From: a virus
Lineage: Duplodnaviria > Caudoviricetes
Direction: 5' to 3' (one strand)
DNA length: 64,000 nt
Virus record (IMG/VR): IMGVR_UViG_3300002098_000034
Span: 3,186 to 67,185 of that record
The position numbers and the translations under genes are program-made. Every line of letters begins with the position of its first letter. The stretch's first letter is position 1. Positions 21,901-31,231 of this stretch are shown one piece after another. The notes under the pieces were generated by a model, which did not search any database, had not been told where the DNA came from, and saw nothing but the letters and a program-made list of their open reading frames with translations.

Positions 21901-22359
21901 TGAACCTGAAACAATGGATTGTGCAATACCTACACCTAAATTGTAAATTATAGTATTATCAGAAAATTGAGTTCCTGATTGGTAGGATACAATTAAAGTG
22001 GGAGGATCACCACCAGAAACACCAGGAGATACTGCAATTACTTTAGCTGAAATTGTGCCTGATGCATCTGTAATTAATAATCCAACAAAATTAGTTACAT
22101 TTACTGCTGAACCATTAATTGTAGTATTTAATTTGATATAATTACAAGTAAAATTGGTTGTAATTTGACCACCAGTAACAGGAGAATTTTGCTTGAAAAT
22201 ATTATCAGCAAAACTACTGATTTGATTCTGTAGTATGGTTTGAGTTTGTGTTAATTCTCTTGCTTGAACAGCATATCCAGGCTTAAACAAAATTCTATGA
22301 TAATTTTTGGTAGGATCAAAATCATCATAATAGGGATCAACATTTAGATTCAAAGACAT
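16000..22359 (-). CDS. Giant virion structural protein (DUF4815/VrlC-like, 2119 aa)
   Basis: N-terminus NLNVDPYYDDFD...RILFKPGYAVQARELTQ.Q.ILQNQI; RFKNGILVDDF; WDPVAQTF motifs. Confidence 0.85.
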   Translation of the reverse strand: MSLNLNVDPYYDDFDPTKNYHRILFKPGYAVQARELTQTQTILQNQISSFADNIFKQNSPVTGGQITTNFTCNYIKLNTTINGSAVNVTNFVGLLITDASGTISAKVIAVSPGVSGGDPPTLIVSYQSGTQFSDNTIIYNLGVGIAQSIVSGSTGSSSVASIAQGVFYITGSYQNSSGVTVTTGNFVQVNPQIVVLDKYDNTPTMRVGLNISESIVSSGSDPSLLDPAISASNYQAPGADRYQITLNLVTKPVTFGDDSTFIPLLTINNGSVQKLVDGSVYNVIDDYFAKRDYETNGDYVVNDFKLTPKTTANDPLANTYTMSIGKGVAYVHGYRIENQASVDLVSPRARTTASSLNSPVYLSYGNFFYTTNVRGNNAIFFDTTTYESIDLHSVPYGSINTASASAYSSTVAATGYIRGLVFDHTSNTADATANSYVYRTYVTNLQNATLTGNVVTTPSSTSVTLPSTFSVANNAYVNATITINSGTDAGDIRTITAYNGASKVATVSQAWTISPDTTSQFTINFNTGNINSLVLANKSSYPATTYGLANIDNSSRSGGIATGITQIQNPSAPELIFALNNPYVANLTSTQYTSEILWRGVSVAAGVTTLDLTATVFNGGIVKHLGAASSTLSSVVARQNFTIVVTSKGNSSTINVGDVLPLTFGTRSIAIDSTGQKATITLPDQSAFNSIQLSVVENVYVSTADNGTILKTKQLITASNTSVLNTAGAQINNYTWVDTSSLKYGQVYIQNAGLVSPGNKQSLYLVDVKNIVKIVDTGSSGVAPTVANLFSYVDVTNNYILDNGQRDGYYDYASITLKPGATQPVGNILVLLNYYLQTGGDGYFSIQSYLASGESYIQIPKYVSTSGTAYSLRDCLDFRPSRAPASSLTGSYSTSVPAFILGYTNAPGGSWPYYSSGTGGILLPNDLAIFSGSYNYYLGRNDKLVLSKDKSFNIIQGAPSINPIYPSEPDGSLVIAKLTHDPYTGYIPTEAPNGFVSNLSIQKVKHKRYTMEDIAGLETRINNVEYYTSLSLLEQNAQSLQISDPLGLNRFKNGILVDDFSSYATADTSNGDYAATINRRTRQLTATQTVNNFPFKSLAQVSNMGLLSQASETALGYAVNPTGYVNYFSLPFTTANVVSQKIASRTVNVNPFSYAIQQGLMTLSPNVDNWVDTKYAPSLLITDPNLQVFQANSAALNVLSAGDWQTVSGTSVSTNNGNTIGHGINPSPFGNVGYNSTTTVTTTNQVQSNIIGAYDKIGNTYSLNNGYITDISVLPFIRSQQVVVRAQSLLFYSTLNAYFDNTPVNNYIRRGNVIELTSVTGTFNNDDVIGYTSGGQFYPTGRVISVYNYTNTSNVRLYVAADQGTTNYAPSNTLQNAYFDINGLNPVSTASGTINIVYHRAGSVNTAISTTQIKLSPMASSTSNVYAGNTLYIVAGTGAGQSAMISSYSAANQVAYLASSITTANGDAYSIGTMKSNENGAFAGIFNLPANQFHTGQRVLRLDNSIAGNQNTATTYAEGTYYAEGLSVTSQSIDFGASPAGAKNTFTQTNQQSTNNIVTTYSPWDPVAQTFIIDKNNYPNGIFLNSISIFFATKPANDNSPITLSIVGTQNGYPNGQTLDHSLVSLPASQIVVNTINPQVGDGNSQTVFNFEAPVYIQPGVMYAFILHSSSNEYTMWSASNGDVAINFPNTKIGSAPYVGALFLSQNSQTWTADQNQDLMFVMDQCVFNTTATPTLQFVLPKKLPQRTLINQSITYFNNANTLSNTIDSFANNDVLVDAFNFTTTDFTPTTTQINYSYSATLPGGTTTATTSINPGKYGTSSSDSVYLNDGNGERVLLANTNSSLSLYATISSTDPSVSPIISDAGLTAYAINWNINNCQISNSLITVANTGSGYLSSGSGTITNSGTSNVTVSAPTGNGTTAIAYANVVSGKVTSVYFVNGGSGYLTTPTITIADPAGINANVTVTGETSKSGGPAIAKYVTKKVVLAAGNDSGDLNVYITAYRPINTDINVYYKILSRNDTQNFNDGQWQLMTKTNSSGAVYSQYRTDLLEYSFAPGPYTSGIDQGFVSYTSTNGQVYTSFSQFALKIVLTTTDKTAVPFLTDMRTIALPSTSGNPY

Positions 22360-22530
22360 TTTTATTTTACCTTAGTTAGCATTTGTATTCCATCCATACT
22401 TTTATATTTCCAAGAATAAACAGTTTTGTAATTTAACTTATTTATCTGACAATAATTCATTAAATCTTCAATTAATTCTGTTTGTTTCGTTTTTTGTTTG
22501 GTTTCATCTGAATATATCCAAAAAGGTCTT

Positions 22531-23904
22531 TTAATATCCTAACACAAACTTGAACTGCTCAATGCCATCTGGACTTCTTTGAACCCCAGCTCTATTTTCG
22601 ATGTATGCCAAATATCCTGAATATCTCACAAAACCACCGGTTGGCGAACTGGAACCCAATACTGTTCTTGCAGTTCCCAAAGAATCAAAAATTGGATTGT
22701 TAATATTTATAGCACCTGTTGTATTTATTAGCTTAATTAGGTTGTTTCCGCTATCAAAATTTAAAACAGTACCTATAAAGGTTGGTGAAGTGGAAGAACC
22801 TTGATATACAAAATCGTCATTAGTAAACGTTCCAGCACCAGAAGATACAATTACTTGCTCATATACTGGATATATTGATTGGCTTGCTGGTATTCCGGTT
22901 GTTAATGTTTGGTTATCAAAAGGATTAATCAATAAACCCACTTGGCGATAATCGATATCGGTTGGCATAATACCACCTTCAGAACCATTAAACTCTACGG
23001 TATACATTACATGATTACATCCCAATTCTGATACAGGATCAAACCCGTGGCCACCAATTGGACTTACTGGAGCAATAGCTGTTGCGCCAGAACCTTGAGT
23101 TGATAATATAGACACATTTGCATAAGTATAATTTGATCCTTGACTGTCCACAACAATATCGGTAATTGCTCCACTAATATTGTTTGCTACAACATGCGCA
23201 GCTGCACCGGTACCGTCACCTGTTATGGATACAGTAATAGCAGCATTGGAAGTATTATAACCAACTCCACCGTAAGTCACATTGATTGCTTCGACACCGC
23301 CAAAACCTTCTGCTGTCGAGAATGGATTGGGAGTATTAACTCCGACAGGAACAGGAATCCAATTATTATCTAAAAATTTAACAGCCGAACCGACATCAAT
23401 AGAATAAATGTATTTCCATTTGTATCCATCGGTGCTTTGATATATTCCGTTAGATCCAAATGTTCCTGGTTGAAAAACAGGTTCATTTGTTGAAACTGCA
23501 CCATTAGCATTCCAAAGGCATTTGAAAACTTGATTATATCTATTTTTTACATAAAACTGTTGTATTATAGTATCATTGAGGTCAACATTAAACATATCAA
23601 TATTATCTTGGTAGTATTGATAAACTGTACCTGATGTCCAATCAATTCTTGGAATAACTGGAGAGATATTATTGGAGTTAATTTTTTTGGCTACAAAGAT
23701 ATTATTGTATATTTGTTTAATATATTGTTGACTTTGTAATGGTTGGTCTGGATTGTTTTCATCAATCCAAGGATCAACACGACATAACACACAATACATA
23801 GTTGATATTGGTTGACCATTAGATAATTGTGCAACGGGTGAATAAAACGCTTGTTCAACAAGAGCAGTTTTTGCACCGTAAGTTAGTAGATTTTTATTTG
23901 CCAT
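22531..23904 (-). CDS. gp8: Baseplate wedge subunit
   Basis: IPRIDWTSGTVY, FYVKNRYNQVFKCLWN, DGYKWKYIY, AYIENR....RSPDGIEQFK; AATAAATA at 23911-23918. Confidence 0.9.
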   Translation of the reverse strand: MANKNLLTYGAKTALVEQAFYSPVAQLSNGQPISTMYCVLCRVDPWIDENNPDQPLQSQQYIKQIYNNIFVAKKINSNNISPVIPRIDWTSGTVYQYYQDNIDMFNVDLNDTIIQQFYVKNRYNQVFKCLWNANGAVSTNEPVFQPGTFGSNGIYQSTDGYKWKYIYSIDVGSAVKFLDNNWIPVPVGVNTPNPFSTAEGFGGVEAINVTYGGVGYNTSNAAITVSITGDGTGAAAHVVANNISGAITDIVVDSQGSNYTYANVSILSTQGSGATAIAPVSPIGGHGFDPVSELGCNHVMYTVEFNGSEGGIMPTDIDYRQVGLLINPFDNQTLTTGIPASQSIYPVYEQVIVSSGAGTFTNDDFVYQGSSTSPTFIGTVLNFDSGNNLIKLINTTGAININNPIFDSLGTARTVLGSSSPTGGFVRYSGYLAYIENRAGVQRSPDGIEQFKFVLGY

Positions 23905-23916
23905 AGTATGTATTTA

Positions 23917-25539
23917 TTAAGCGTGGATAACGGAAACTAGAGTATTCGCTAAAGTACCATCGACACAGAAATACCTTGCACAAACAGTCGATGTGGCTGG
24001 TATGGCATATGTGGTTGCATTTAATGTTGAGTTAATAGCAGAAACACCAGTTGTATAGGTTTGACTAAAACCAGAAAGATTTGTAATCCACACTTCAACA
24101 ATTTTACCCACGGTATAATTACTCATCGACACAACTATTCCTGTTGAAGTTTGTGCTCGTACCATTGAGTTATTTGCAAAGTCAAGGGTAATTGCTGTCT
24201 GTGCTGCTGGATACACTAATGGTGTATAAATGAATCCTTTTTGTGGATTAACTACACCCGAAAATGTTGCACTATTTGCATTAAATGTGGCAATTTTATT
24301 TAATGTATTTGAACCTGATGAAGTGTTCCAAAAATCAATTTTTGTACCTTTTGTTGTATCTGTAAAATTTTCATCAGCAACAAAATCAATTCTTGATTGG
24401 CCAAATTGACTAAAGTTATTTGCCCAACCATTACCAGATAATCTTAATAATATATCACCATTAGCCGTTGCTGCCGGAGAAATAGCAGAACCTCGAGCAG
24501 CTCGACCAATAAATGCTGAATATGAATTAGCACCAAAAGCATCATTTACAATTCGTGAAGATGTATTTGCAAATCCTGTGATCTGGATCATATACCCTTG
24601 GTTCAAAGGTGTTTGTGAGTAACCCGTATTTGCTGATCCTGTAATTTTAAACGCCGGAGTATTAGCTGCATAAGGCACAGCATTAATTGTAAATAATCCA
24701 GCAGCACCAACACCAAGTACCTGTATATTACCGGTAACAGTTATATCTCCAGCAGTAATCACACCATTGGTATTTGCTAAAGCATTATTAGCTTTTAAGA
24801 AAGCTGCTTGTGTGAAGGCTGAATTGGAACTAATCCAAGTATTTTGAGTTGCATCAACACCAGATGATATAACAGTATTAGCTCCAGCAGTATTAGCTTG
24901 AGCAAAAGCTGCTGTTGAGTAATTTGCTGGATTGGAGGCAGTAAGTTGTTTTGTACCATCACCGAAGGTAATTGAAGATTGTGTGTTCATTACTAAACCA
25001 ACAGAGGTCATCTTAGCTACAACATTTGATGCGGTACCGCCACCAGCAATAAAGCGAAGTTCAGTATTTGATGTTGTTGTACCAATGATTAGATTACCGC
25101 CAAGTGACCCTGTAGTACCTTGAACATAGAGATATCCATCAAGTGGACTAATTGCAGTACCAATATTGTTGAATTCTGATCCTGGTTGATACAGTTTATT
25201 TGCATATCCCATATCAATAAAATTGGTCGAATCAGAACCACCAGAATTTACGTTTGCAGTAACAACAACGTCAGCAGAACCACCATCGTTTGTATTGACT
25301 AAGTTGGTTTGAATGTAAGATTGGCCACCTAAAGCAAACTGAGCAATTGTATTAGGTAAATTCTGTTGATTTGTACCAACGTTTAGAATATTATTGGCAT
25401 ATAACCCTTGTGCCAGAGTTGTTCCGGTGATTTGTACATCTCTAACATTTGCGGTATCCACCATTAAAAACAGGTTATTAGAAGTATTAGTGCTTATTGC
25501 TCCTAATATAGGTAGTTGTGAGATTTTTATTGTAGACAT
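23917..25539 (-). CDS. Baseplate-associated fibre-like protein
   Basis: MSTIKISQLP N-terminus; FIDMG and GYLYV segments shared with 9975-13808; GVDATQNTWI repeat. Confidence 0.65.
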   Translation of the reverse strand: MSTIKISQLPILGAISTNTSNNLFLMVDTANVRDVQITGTTLAQGLYANNILNVGTNQQNLPNTIAQFALGGQSYIQTNLVNTNDGGSADVVVTANVNSGGSDSTNFIDMGYANKLYQPGSEFNNIGTAISPLDGYLYVQGTTGSLGGNLIIGTTTSNTELRFIAGGGTASNVVAKMTSVGLVMNTQSSITFGDGTKQLTASNPANYSTAAFAQANTAGANTVISSGVDATQNTWISSNSAFTQAAFLKANNALANTNGVITAGDITVTGNIQVLGVGAAGLFTINAVPYAANTPAFKITGSANTGYSQTPLNQGYMIQITGFANTSSRIVNDAFGANSYSAFIGRAARGSAISPAATANGDILLRLSGNGWANNFSQFGQSRIDFVADENFTDTTKGTKIDFWNTSSGSNTLNKIATFNANSATFSGVVNPQKGFIYTPLVYPAAQTAITLDFANNSMVRAQTSTGIVVSMSNYTVGKIVEVWITNLSGFSQTYTTGVSAINSTLNATTYAIPATSTVCARYFCVDGTLANTLVSVIHA

Positions 25540-25542
25540 AGT

Positions 25543-28443
25543 TTACCCTAGTAAAATTATATTTCCATCTTCTGTTATGATGTTGTTAAGTGTTGTTTCA
25601 TCTACCAATTCTGGAATATATGTTGTACCTAATGGTCCAAATATTTGTACATAAATGGCTGAATTTGTTGTATAAGTTCTATTAACCGACATATAACCAT
25701 TAGCATTATAAGTATATCCGGTACCAGTTAACATTATAACATTATTTACATAATCAACCGATGAAACTACGTTTGCTTGATTATTTACAAATACAGAATC
25801 TCCAGATTTAACAACATCTATCAATGGAACATTTGAATTGGTATATGAACCGCCATTTATAATATCATAAGAACCGGTTAACGATATTATATTTATGAGG
25901 TTACTACCAGAATTTACCGATACAGTAGCTACATTCGCAAAGGTTGTCCAAACATTCTCTTTTGCAATAACCGAATTGGCTGAATAATTAATACTATTAA
26001 TTTTAGAAAGAAATATTTGGCCAGTTGGGGTAGAGAAACGAATAAAACTATTAGCAAATATAAAGGTGCCAATATTTACACCATTACCAATCGAGGACAG
26101 TTGAATAATATTATTACTTGGATTAACAAATGTTGGATCTGGATATATTGTGACTATGGCCTGCGATCCAACATAATTTGCTAAAGTATGTCCTTGATAT
26201 AATGCTTCTTGAATATTAGTATTTACATTATTAGCAGAATTCAATCTATATCGACCTAACATCTTCATGCCTGCTGGATGTAACAAATCCAATAAGGTTT
26301 TTCTATAAACCGCAATTTCTTTTTCTGCTGTTAATTCATAGGTAAAGTTATTATAATCTATACTTTGCAAAACATCAAAAGAACTGGGTTGTCCTGTTGT
26401 ATCGAGATATTGTCCTTGTGCAGAAACCAGACCATTGGTAAAGGATACATCAGCCAATGCAGTGCCATCACCATAGGTCAATACACCACTTGAAGAATAT
26501 CTAGAACTTGGTAAGTTATTTGTTACAATATTCATATGAATATTTTTACCAATGATATTAAGTGGTAATGCTGGTGAAGGAGATGAGAAATAATTATAAA
26601 CTCTAAGTATATAATTTCCACCATATGAAGTTATCGAATCGACATATGCGGTATATGTATTTCCACTTTGTTGTACAAAATCCCCTTTAACTGGTACTAA
26701 TCCGGAAGTTACATTAGAAACATAAATGTCTTGAATTGCCAATGAAGCATTTGGCACACCAATATAATCTTGTCCATAATCTGTAACAATGATTGATTGA
26801 ACTTGGCCAATTGAAGATGTTGTCGATGAAAATTTTGCACCATCTCCTAATACTCCAGGAATAACTAAACTTGAACCTGATCCAGTTGAAGTTTGTACTG
26901 TAGCAACCGGTAAACTGGCAGAGGTGTAACCCATACCACCCAAAGGATAACGATGTAGTGTGTTCGTATCTAATGGATTATAGGTGTACCTTGTGGTAAT
27001 AATTGTTCCATTGGCATTAACAGAAACATTTCCATAAGCACCAAAACCAGTTCCACCCACGATTACAATGATATCATTATTTGAATAATTTAAACCACCA
27101 GAAACAATTTGAATAGGAGCTAATATACCAACATTTTTTAGATCAGAAGAAGAAACATTTGCTGATAAATTATTTGATGTTTGATATAAACTTGTTGCAA
27201 CAATCGATTGTACCGCATTTAATCCAGATCCTTGACCCGTTAATACTACGGTTGAAATTGGATATGTAGTAAATGAAATAAAACTAAAAGCATTTGCCAA
27301 AGAGGTATTTCCATTGGCCAAAGAATTATTGGCAAAATAGTATATGCTATTTCCCTTTGGTTTTGCACCTTGTGAAAATGCTGTATTTCCAATATAAATG
27401 TTTCCATTACCAGCTATACTACCAATCGTATCAGCTGGAAGAAATGCCACATTGGCTGGAAAATTGGTGTTTACTCCATAAACAGGAACAATTGCTGAAG
27501 GAGAAACTGGAGTTGGCCCACTAACCGAAAAACTAATTGACGAATTTGGAGTTGATCTATAACCATACCCTCCTCCATTACTCACAGTTAAACTTTGTAA
27601 TGAACCTGTTGTAACTGAACCAACATAGGCTGAAGCTCCATGGCCATTATCTGATGATAGTCCATTATAAAAAGAAATAGGATCATTAACTTGATAGTAT
27701 GAACCTAAATGTTTAGGATTAATCAACACTTGATTTACTTGGCCAACAACTTTTGACCTTAATATATTTGCACCTGGAGTATTTGCTGAAACCTGTTGAC
27801 CATTTAAAAAATAAACATCTTGGTTATTTTGGTCAATAATACGAACAAACTCACCTGATTGAAAACCTCTTTGCAAATTATTAATATAAATTTGACTTTT
27901 TGATAATCCCACCACAGAATTTTCAATATTTGCAATGGACTGTGAGGTTTCACCAAATATTTTAAAATTGGTTATATTCGAAAAATTGGTATCTGTCGTC
28001 AATACATTTAAGTATTTTGCAATATACCATGTACCCGTAGATGCTCTTAATACAGCATCTTTAGTGAAGAAAAATTCTACATCCGTATTAAAAAGAAGTC
28101 TAAACAAAAATTTATAAGAAGCGGTTGTTCCTTTGGACTGGTATAACTCTCTAGCAATCTTAATAAGTGTTGCTTTATTTGTAGTTAAATCGTCCAATAA
28201 GCTTTGGGGAAAATAGGACAAAAACTCATTATAGAAATACTGTAAAAATTCAGAAGATGTATTATCGATATCTTTATAATTTAAGATATTTTTTGAACGA
28301 TCCGTTACGTTACCTTGTTGTTCTAACCATTCATAGTATGCCTGGAGAAACAATACAAAATTACCATAATCAGGATTATCCCGAACAAATGCAGGAAGCT
28401 GGGAAGGAATTAATAGAGAAGTTTTTTGGTTGCTCTGTATCAT
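25543..28443 (-). CDS. gp7: Baseplate wedge initiator
   Basis: IPSQLPAFVR..FVLFLQAYYEWLE, YQSKGT..SYKFLFR.LFN, YYNNFTYEL..E...YRK.L.DLLHPAGM-like motifs. Confidence 0.85.
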   Translation of the reverse strand: MIQSNQKTSLLIPSQLPAFVRDNPDYGNFVLFLQAYYEWLEQQGNVTDRSKNILNYKDIDNTSSEFLQYFYNEFLSYFPQSLLDDLTTNKATLIKIARELYQSKGTTASYKFLFRLLFNTDVEFFFTKDAVLRASTGTWYIAKYLNVLTTDTNFSNITNFKIFGETSQSIANIENSVVGLSKSQIYINNLQRGFQSGEFVRIIDQNNQDVYFLNGQQVSANTPGANILRSKVVGQVNQVLINPKHLGSYYQVNDPISFYNGLSSDNGHGASAYVGSVTTGSLQSLTVSNGGGYGYRSTPNSSISFSVSGPTPVSPSAIVPVYGVNTNFPANVAFLPADTIGSIAGNGNIYIGNTAFSQGAKPKGNSIYYFANNSLANGNTSLANAFSFISFTTYPISTVVLTGQGSGLNAVQSIVATSLYQTSNNLSANVSSSDLKNVGILAPIQIVSGGLNYSNNDIIVIVGGTGFGAYGNVSVNANGTIITTRYTYNPLDTNTLHRYPLGGMGYTSASLPVATVQTSTGSGSSLVIPGVLGDGAKFSSTTSSIGQVQSIIVTDYGQDYIGVPNASLAIQDIYVSNVTSGLVPVKGDFVQQSGNTYTAYVDSITSYGGNYILRVYNYFSSPSPALPLNIIGKNIHMNIVTNNLPSSRYSSSGVLTYGDGTALADVSFTNGLVSAQGQYLDTTGQPSSFDVLQSIDYNNFTYELTAEKEIAVYRKTLLDLLHPAGMKMLGRYRLNSANNVNTNIQEALYQGHTLANYVGSQAIVTIYPDPTFVNPSNNIIQLSSIGNGVNIGTFIFANSFIRFSTPTGQIFLSKINSINYSANSVIAKENVWTTFANVATVSVNSGSNLINIISLTGSYDIINGGSYTNSNVPLIDVVKSGDSVFVNNQANVVSSVDYVNNVIMLTGTGYTYNANGYMSVNRTYTTNSAIYVQIFGPLGTTYIPELVDETTLNNIITEDGNIILLG

Positions 28444-30521
28444 TAACTTGTTTTAGCAGTAATATTAACGGCAACGGCCATTGGATCATATTGGTCTAAT
28501 GTAAGAATATTATTAAATGTTGACGATATTATTTCTCCTGTAGGATTAACTGATACTGTAAGTTGTCCTAAAATATTATTAATAGAAACTGGATTAAAAT
28601 TATTTAATGCAATAATACCATTAACATAATCGATTGTGCCTGCATTTGCATTTAAAATGGTTTTAACATTATTAGAATTATTATAATATGTTCTTAATGT
28701 TCCAAATTGACCCAATAGATTTACTGTAACAGCACCATTCTGACCAGTATCTCCTGCAGCCGGAGTAATAGTAGCAATAGCAGCAGTATATCCGTCACCC
28801 GCATTATCCACAACAATACTTTGTATAGAACCATTAGTTATAATGGCATGTGCTGTAGCTCCAGTGCCATCACCTATGATAGTTACTGTAGGTGTATATT
28901 GATAATTGTAACCTGGATTTATAATTGATAAAGATTCGACACCAAATAATGCAGTGGGAACTTCTTCAATATAAACTTCACTAATCGTATTAGTTAAATT
29001 TGTAGGATCATTAAAAGTCATACCGGGATAACTGGTTACACCACTTAATAATGAACCTCTGGCTAAAGTCGTATTAAAAGGTAATATGTAGCTTTTAGCT
29101 AAAGTTAAATCGGGAAAAAACTTTTTCTGTAACACAATATCGTCACAATTAAAATTTATTATTGAATTATCTATACTTTGAATTGCTGTTGCTAAACTAT
29201 AATAATTCAATGTTGAATTAAATGTGTTTAAATTTTTTGTTGCCCAATTTTGAACTGTAGAAACAATTGCAGTTTGTAATACTGATGAAGTTAAGGTTGT
29301 TTTGGTTGGATCGTAATATACATCAATATCAAAAACAACGTAAGTATAATCAGGATCAATCAATGTTGGAGTTACTGTTAGTACTGAAATAGGATTAATA
29401 ACTTGTGATATAATTTGTTGTTTTTGTGTATTGGTTAATGTATATGAACCCGTTGGTTTAATGGATACAAAAACTTGGCCGTAAATTGGTGGAACATTAT
29501 CTTCTCCACCCCAAACATTAACAGCGTCAAAAGAATATCCTAGATTATTTTGTTGAATTGCTGTGATGTAATCATTCTTGGTTACCGCACGACCTTGAGC
29601 TGCATATGCTTTTGGTGCTTGAAATTTAATAGAATCAATGGATTCTTTATTACCACCTTGACTTGCTGGAGTAATTGGTGTAACTGTTGAAATAGAGTAA
29701 CCAGAAATTGTATCCATCAAAACAAAATTATTTGCACCGGCTGCAGCAGTTCCTTGTGTAACAACATAAGAAACATTAACAATATTACCATCAGACAATA
29801 AGGTACCTAAAACACCATCACCAAAATAAATTTGATACGTTCCGGTTAAACTCTCTTGTAAGAAGTAAACCTGTGAAAAACTATCCAAAGTTAGAAAATT
29901 GGAGGCTAGACTGTAAATTTGCGTTAAACTATTTGAACTTGATTGTTGAACCGTCACAATGAGTGAAGATGTATCAACATTGGTGTCCGGTATTTCAAAA
30001 GTATATGAAGGATTAGCAGTAGTATCTACTGTAAACGCCATTGTTGTTGGAGTACCTTGTTTTAGAATAACATTATTGAATTGCGCAACACCACCAACAG
30101 TATTGACTGTTTTAGAATCTTCCGTTACAAAAGTATAGTTTACGCCATCAATCGCTTCCGACATAAAACGAGTAAATTGTGGTAAAGTCAAAGAAGTTGC
30201 TGATACACTAGGCATTGTTAAATTAATTGTGGCTGCTGGGGCAACTGATGATTTGGGTACATAGTTTAATAATTTTGCCTGAGAAACCACCGATGATCTC
30301 AATAAGGCAGAGTCCAAGAACATCTCATTGGCCACCATATTCAAATAATAAGCATTATATTGAGTGTTATATGCCAAAATGTCTAAAAGAGTTGAAAGTG
30401 CAGAACCTTCATAATTGTAATCTTTTAGTGTATCTTGTCCTTGTAAGTATTTTTTCAGATTGGATTTAATATTATTAAAATCCAAGTCTGTTACTTGAAT
30501 GTTGGAATTAGCTGCTGCCAT
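28443..30521 (-). CDS. gp6: Baseplate wedge subunit
   Basis: LDFNNIKSNLK.YL, DYNYEGS.LS.LLD.LAYNT, ESIDSIKFQAP..YAAQGRAVT..DY. Confidence 0.95.
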   Translation of the reverse strand: MAAANSNIQVTDLDFNNIKSNLKKYLQGQDTLKDYNYEGSALSTLLDILAYNTQYNAYYLNMVANEMFLDSALLRSSVVSQAKLLNYVPKSSVAPAATINLTMPSVSATSLTLPQFTRFMSEAIDGVNYTFVTEDSKTVNTVGGVAQFNNVILKQGTPTTMAFTVDTTANPSYTFEIPDTNVDTSSLIVTVQQSSSNSLTQIYSLASNFLTLDSFSQVYFLQESLTGTYQIYFGDGVLGTLLSDGNIVNVSYVVTQGTAAAGANNFVLMDTISGYSISTVTPITPASQGGNKESIDSIKFQAPKAYAAQGRAVTKNDYITAIQQNNLGYSFDAVNVWGGEDNVPPIYGQVFVSIKPTGSYTLTNTQKQQIISQVINPISVLTVTPTLIDPDYTYVVFDIDVYYDPTKTTLTSSVLQTAIVSTVQNWATKNLNTFNSTLNYYSLATAIQSIDNSIINFNCDDIVLQKKFFPDLTLAKSYILPFNTTLARGSLLSGVTSYPGMTFNDPTNLTNTISEVYIEEVPTALFGVESLSIINPGYNYQYTPTVTIIGDGTGATAHAIITNGSIQSIVVDNAGDGYTAAIATITPAAGDTGQNGAVTVNLLGQFGTLRTYYNNSNNVKTILNANAGTIDYVNGIIALNNFNPVSINNILGQLTVSVNPTGEIISSTFNNILTLDQYDPMAVAVNITAKTS

Positions 30522-30522
30522 T

Positions 30523-30915
30523 TTATCTATTTCTCTCTAGAAGAAGGGTTACCGTTGTCGGTAATGTTGAATTTTCTATGTAAAAACTTATTGTAGCATT
30601 ATAAGCATTTTGATCTGGCATCATTGTTACAGTCACTTGCTGTAAGGTTGCTCTTGGTTCAAAATTCTTAATAGTTGTGGTTATTGCGTTTTCTAATAGG
30701 TTTGCTGTGATTGGACCAACATTTTCAAACAATAACGCATCCAAATCGGATCCAAGGCCCGGATTAAAAGGTCGTTCAAAATTCTTTGTTGATAGTAAAT
30801 TTCGAATTGACCTAATAACCGCCTGGTTATCATAACTCAAAGCAACATCACCCACTACAGGTCGTTTGGTAAATGTGAAATCGATGTCGGAGTATAAGTG
30901 TTGATTGATTGCCAT
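30523..30915 (-). CDS. gp25: Baseplate wedge subunit, gp25-like
   Basis: AVIRSIRNLLST..FERPFNP.LGS..ALLFE, I..FEPR; CATAAATA at 30920-30927. Confidence 0.93.
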   Translation of the reverse strand: MAINQHLYSDIDFTFTKRPVVGDVALSYDNQAVIRSIRNLLSTKNFERPFNPGLGSDLDALLFENVGPITANLLENAITTTIKNFEPRATLQQVTVTMMPDQNAYNATISFYIENSTLPTTVTLLLERNR

Positions 30916-30922
30916 GTATTAT

Positions 30923-31231
30923 TTATGTTGGTTTTGGATACTTTTCTTTAATTGTCCGACAAGCATCTCTATATTTTTGAATCTGTGTTTGATCACCTTT
31001 AACCATTCCATCAAGGTAATCTTTAAAATCTGGATATTCCAATGCTCGTTTTCTTTGATAATCTTTAGAATCATAATCTGTTTGTAAAATTTCAATTTGA
31101 GCAGAAACTACATTGGAATCAATATTAATGATATTTCCATCAGCATCATAAGCTTCATATGTACCGTCTGAATTACTAACAATTGAAAATACATTGGAAT
31201 AAGTATCACGAATTGCTTGGTGTAAAATCAT
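30923..31231 (-). CDS. Small fibre-assembly-like protein
   Basis: YQRKRALEYPD..DYLD...K..TIKEKYPKP motif typical of small fibre-partner proteins. Confidence 0.6.
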   Translation of the reverse strand: MILHQAIRDTYSNVFSIVSNSDGTYEAYDADGNIINIDSNVVSAQIEILQTDYDSKDYQRKRALEYPDFKDYLDGMVKGDQTQIQKYRDACRTIKEKYPKPT

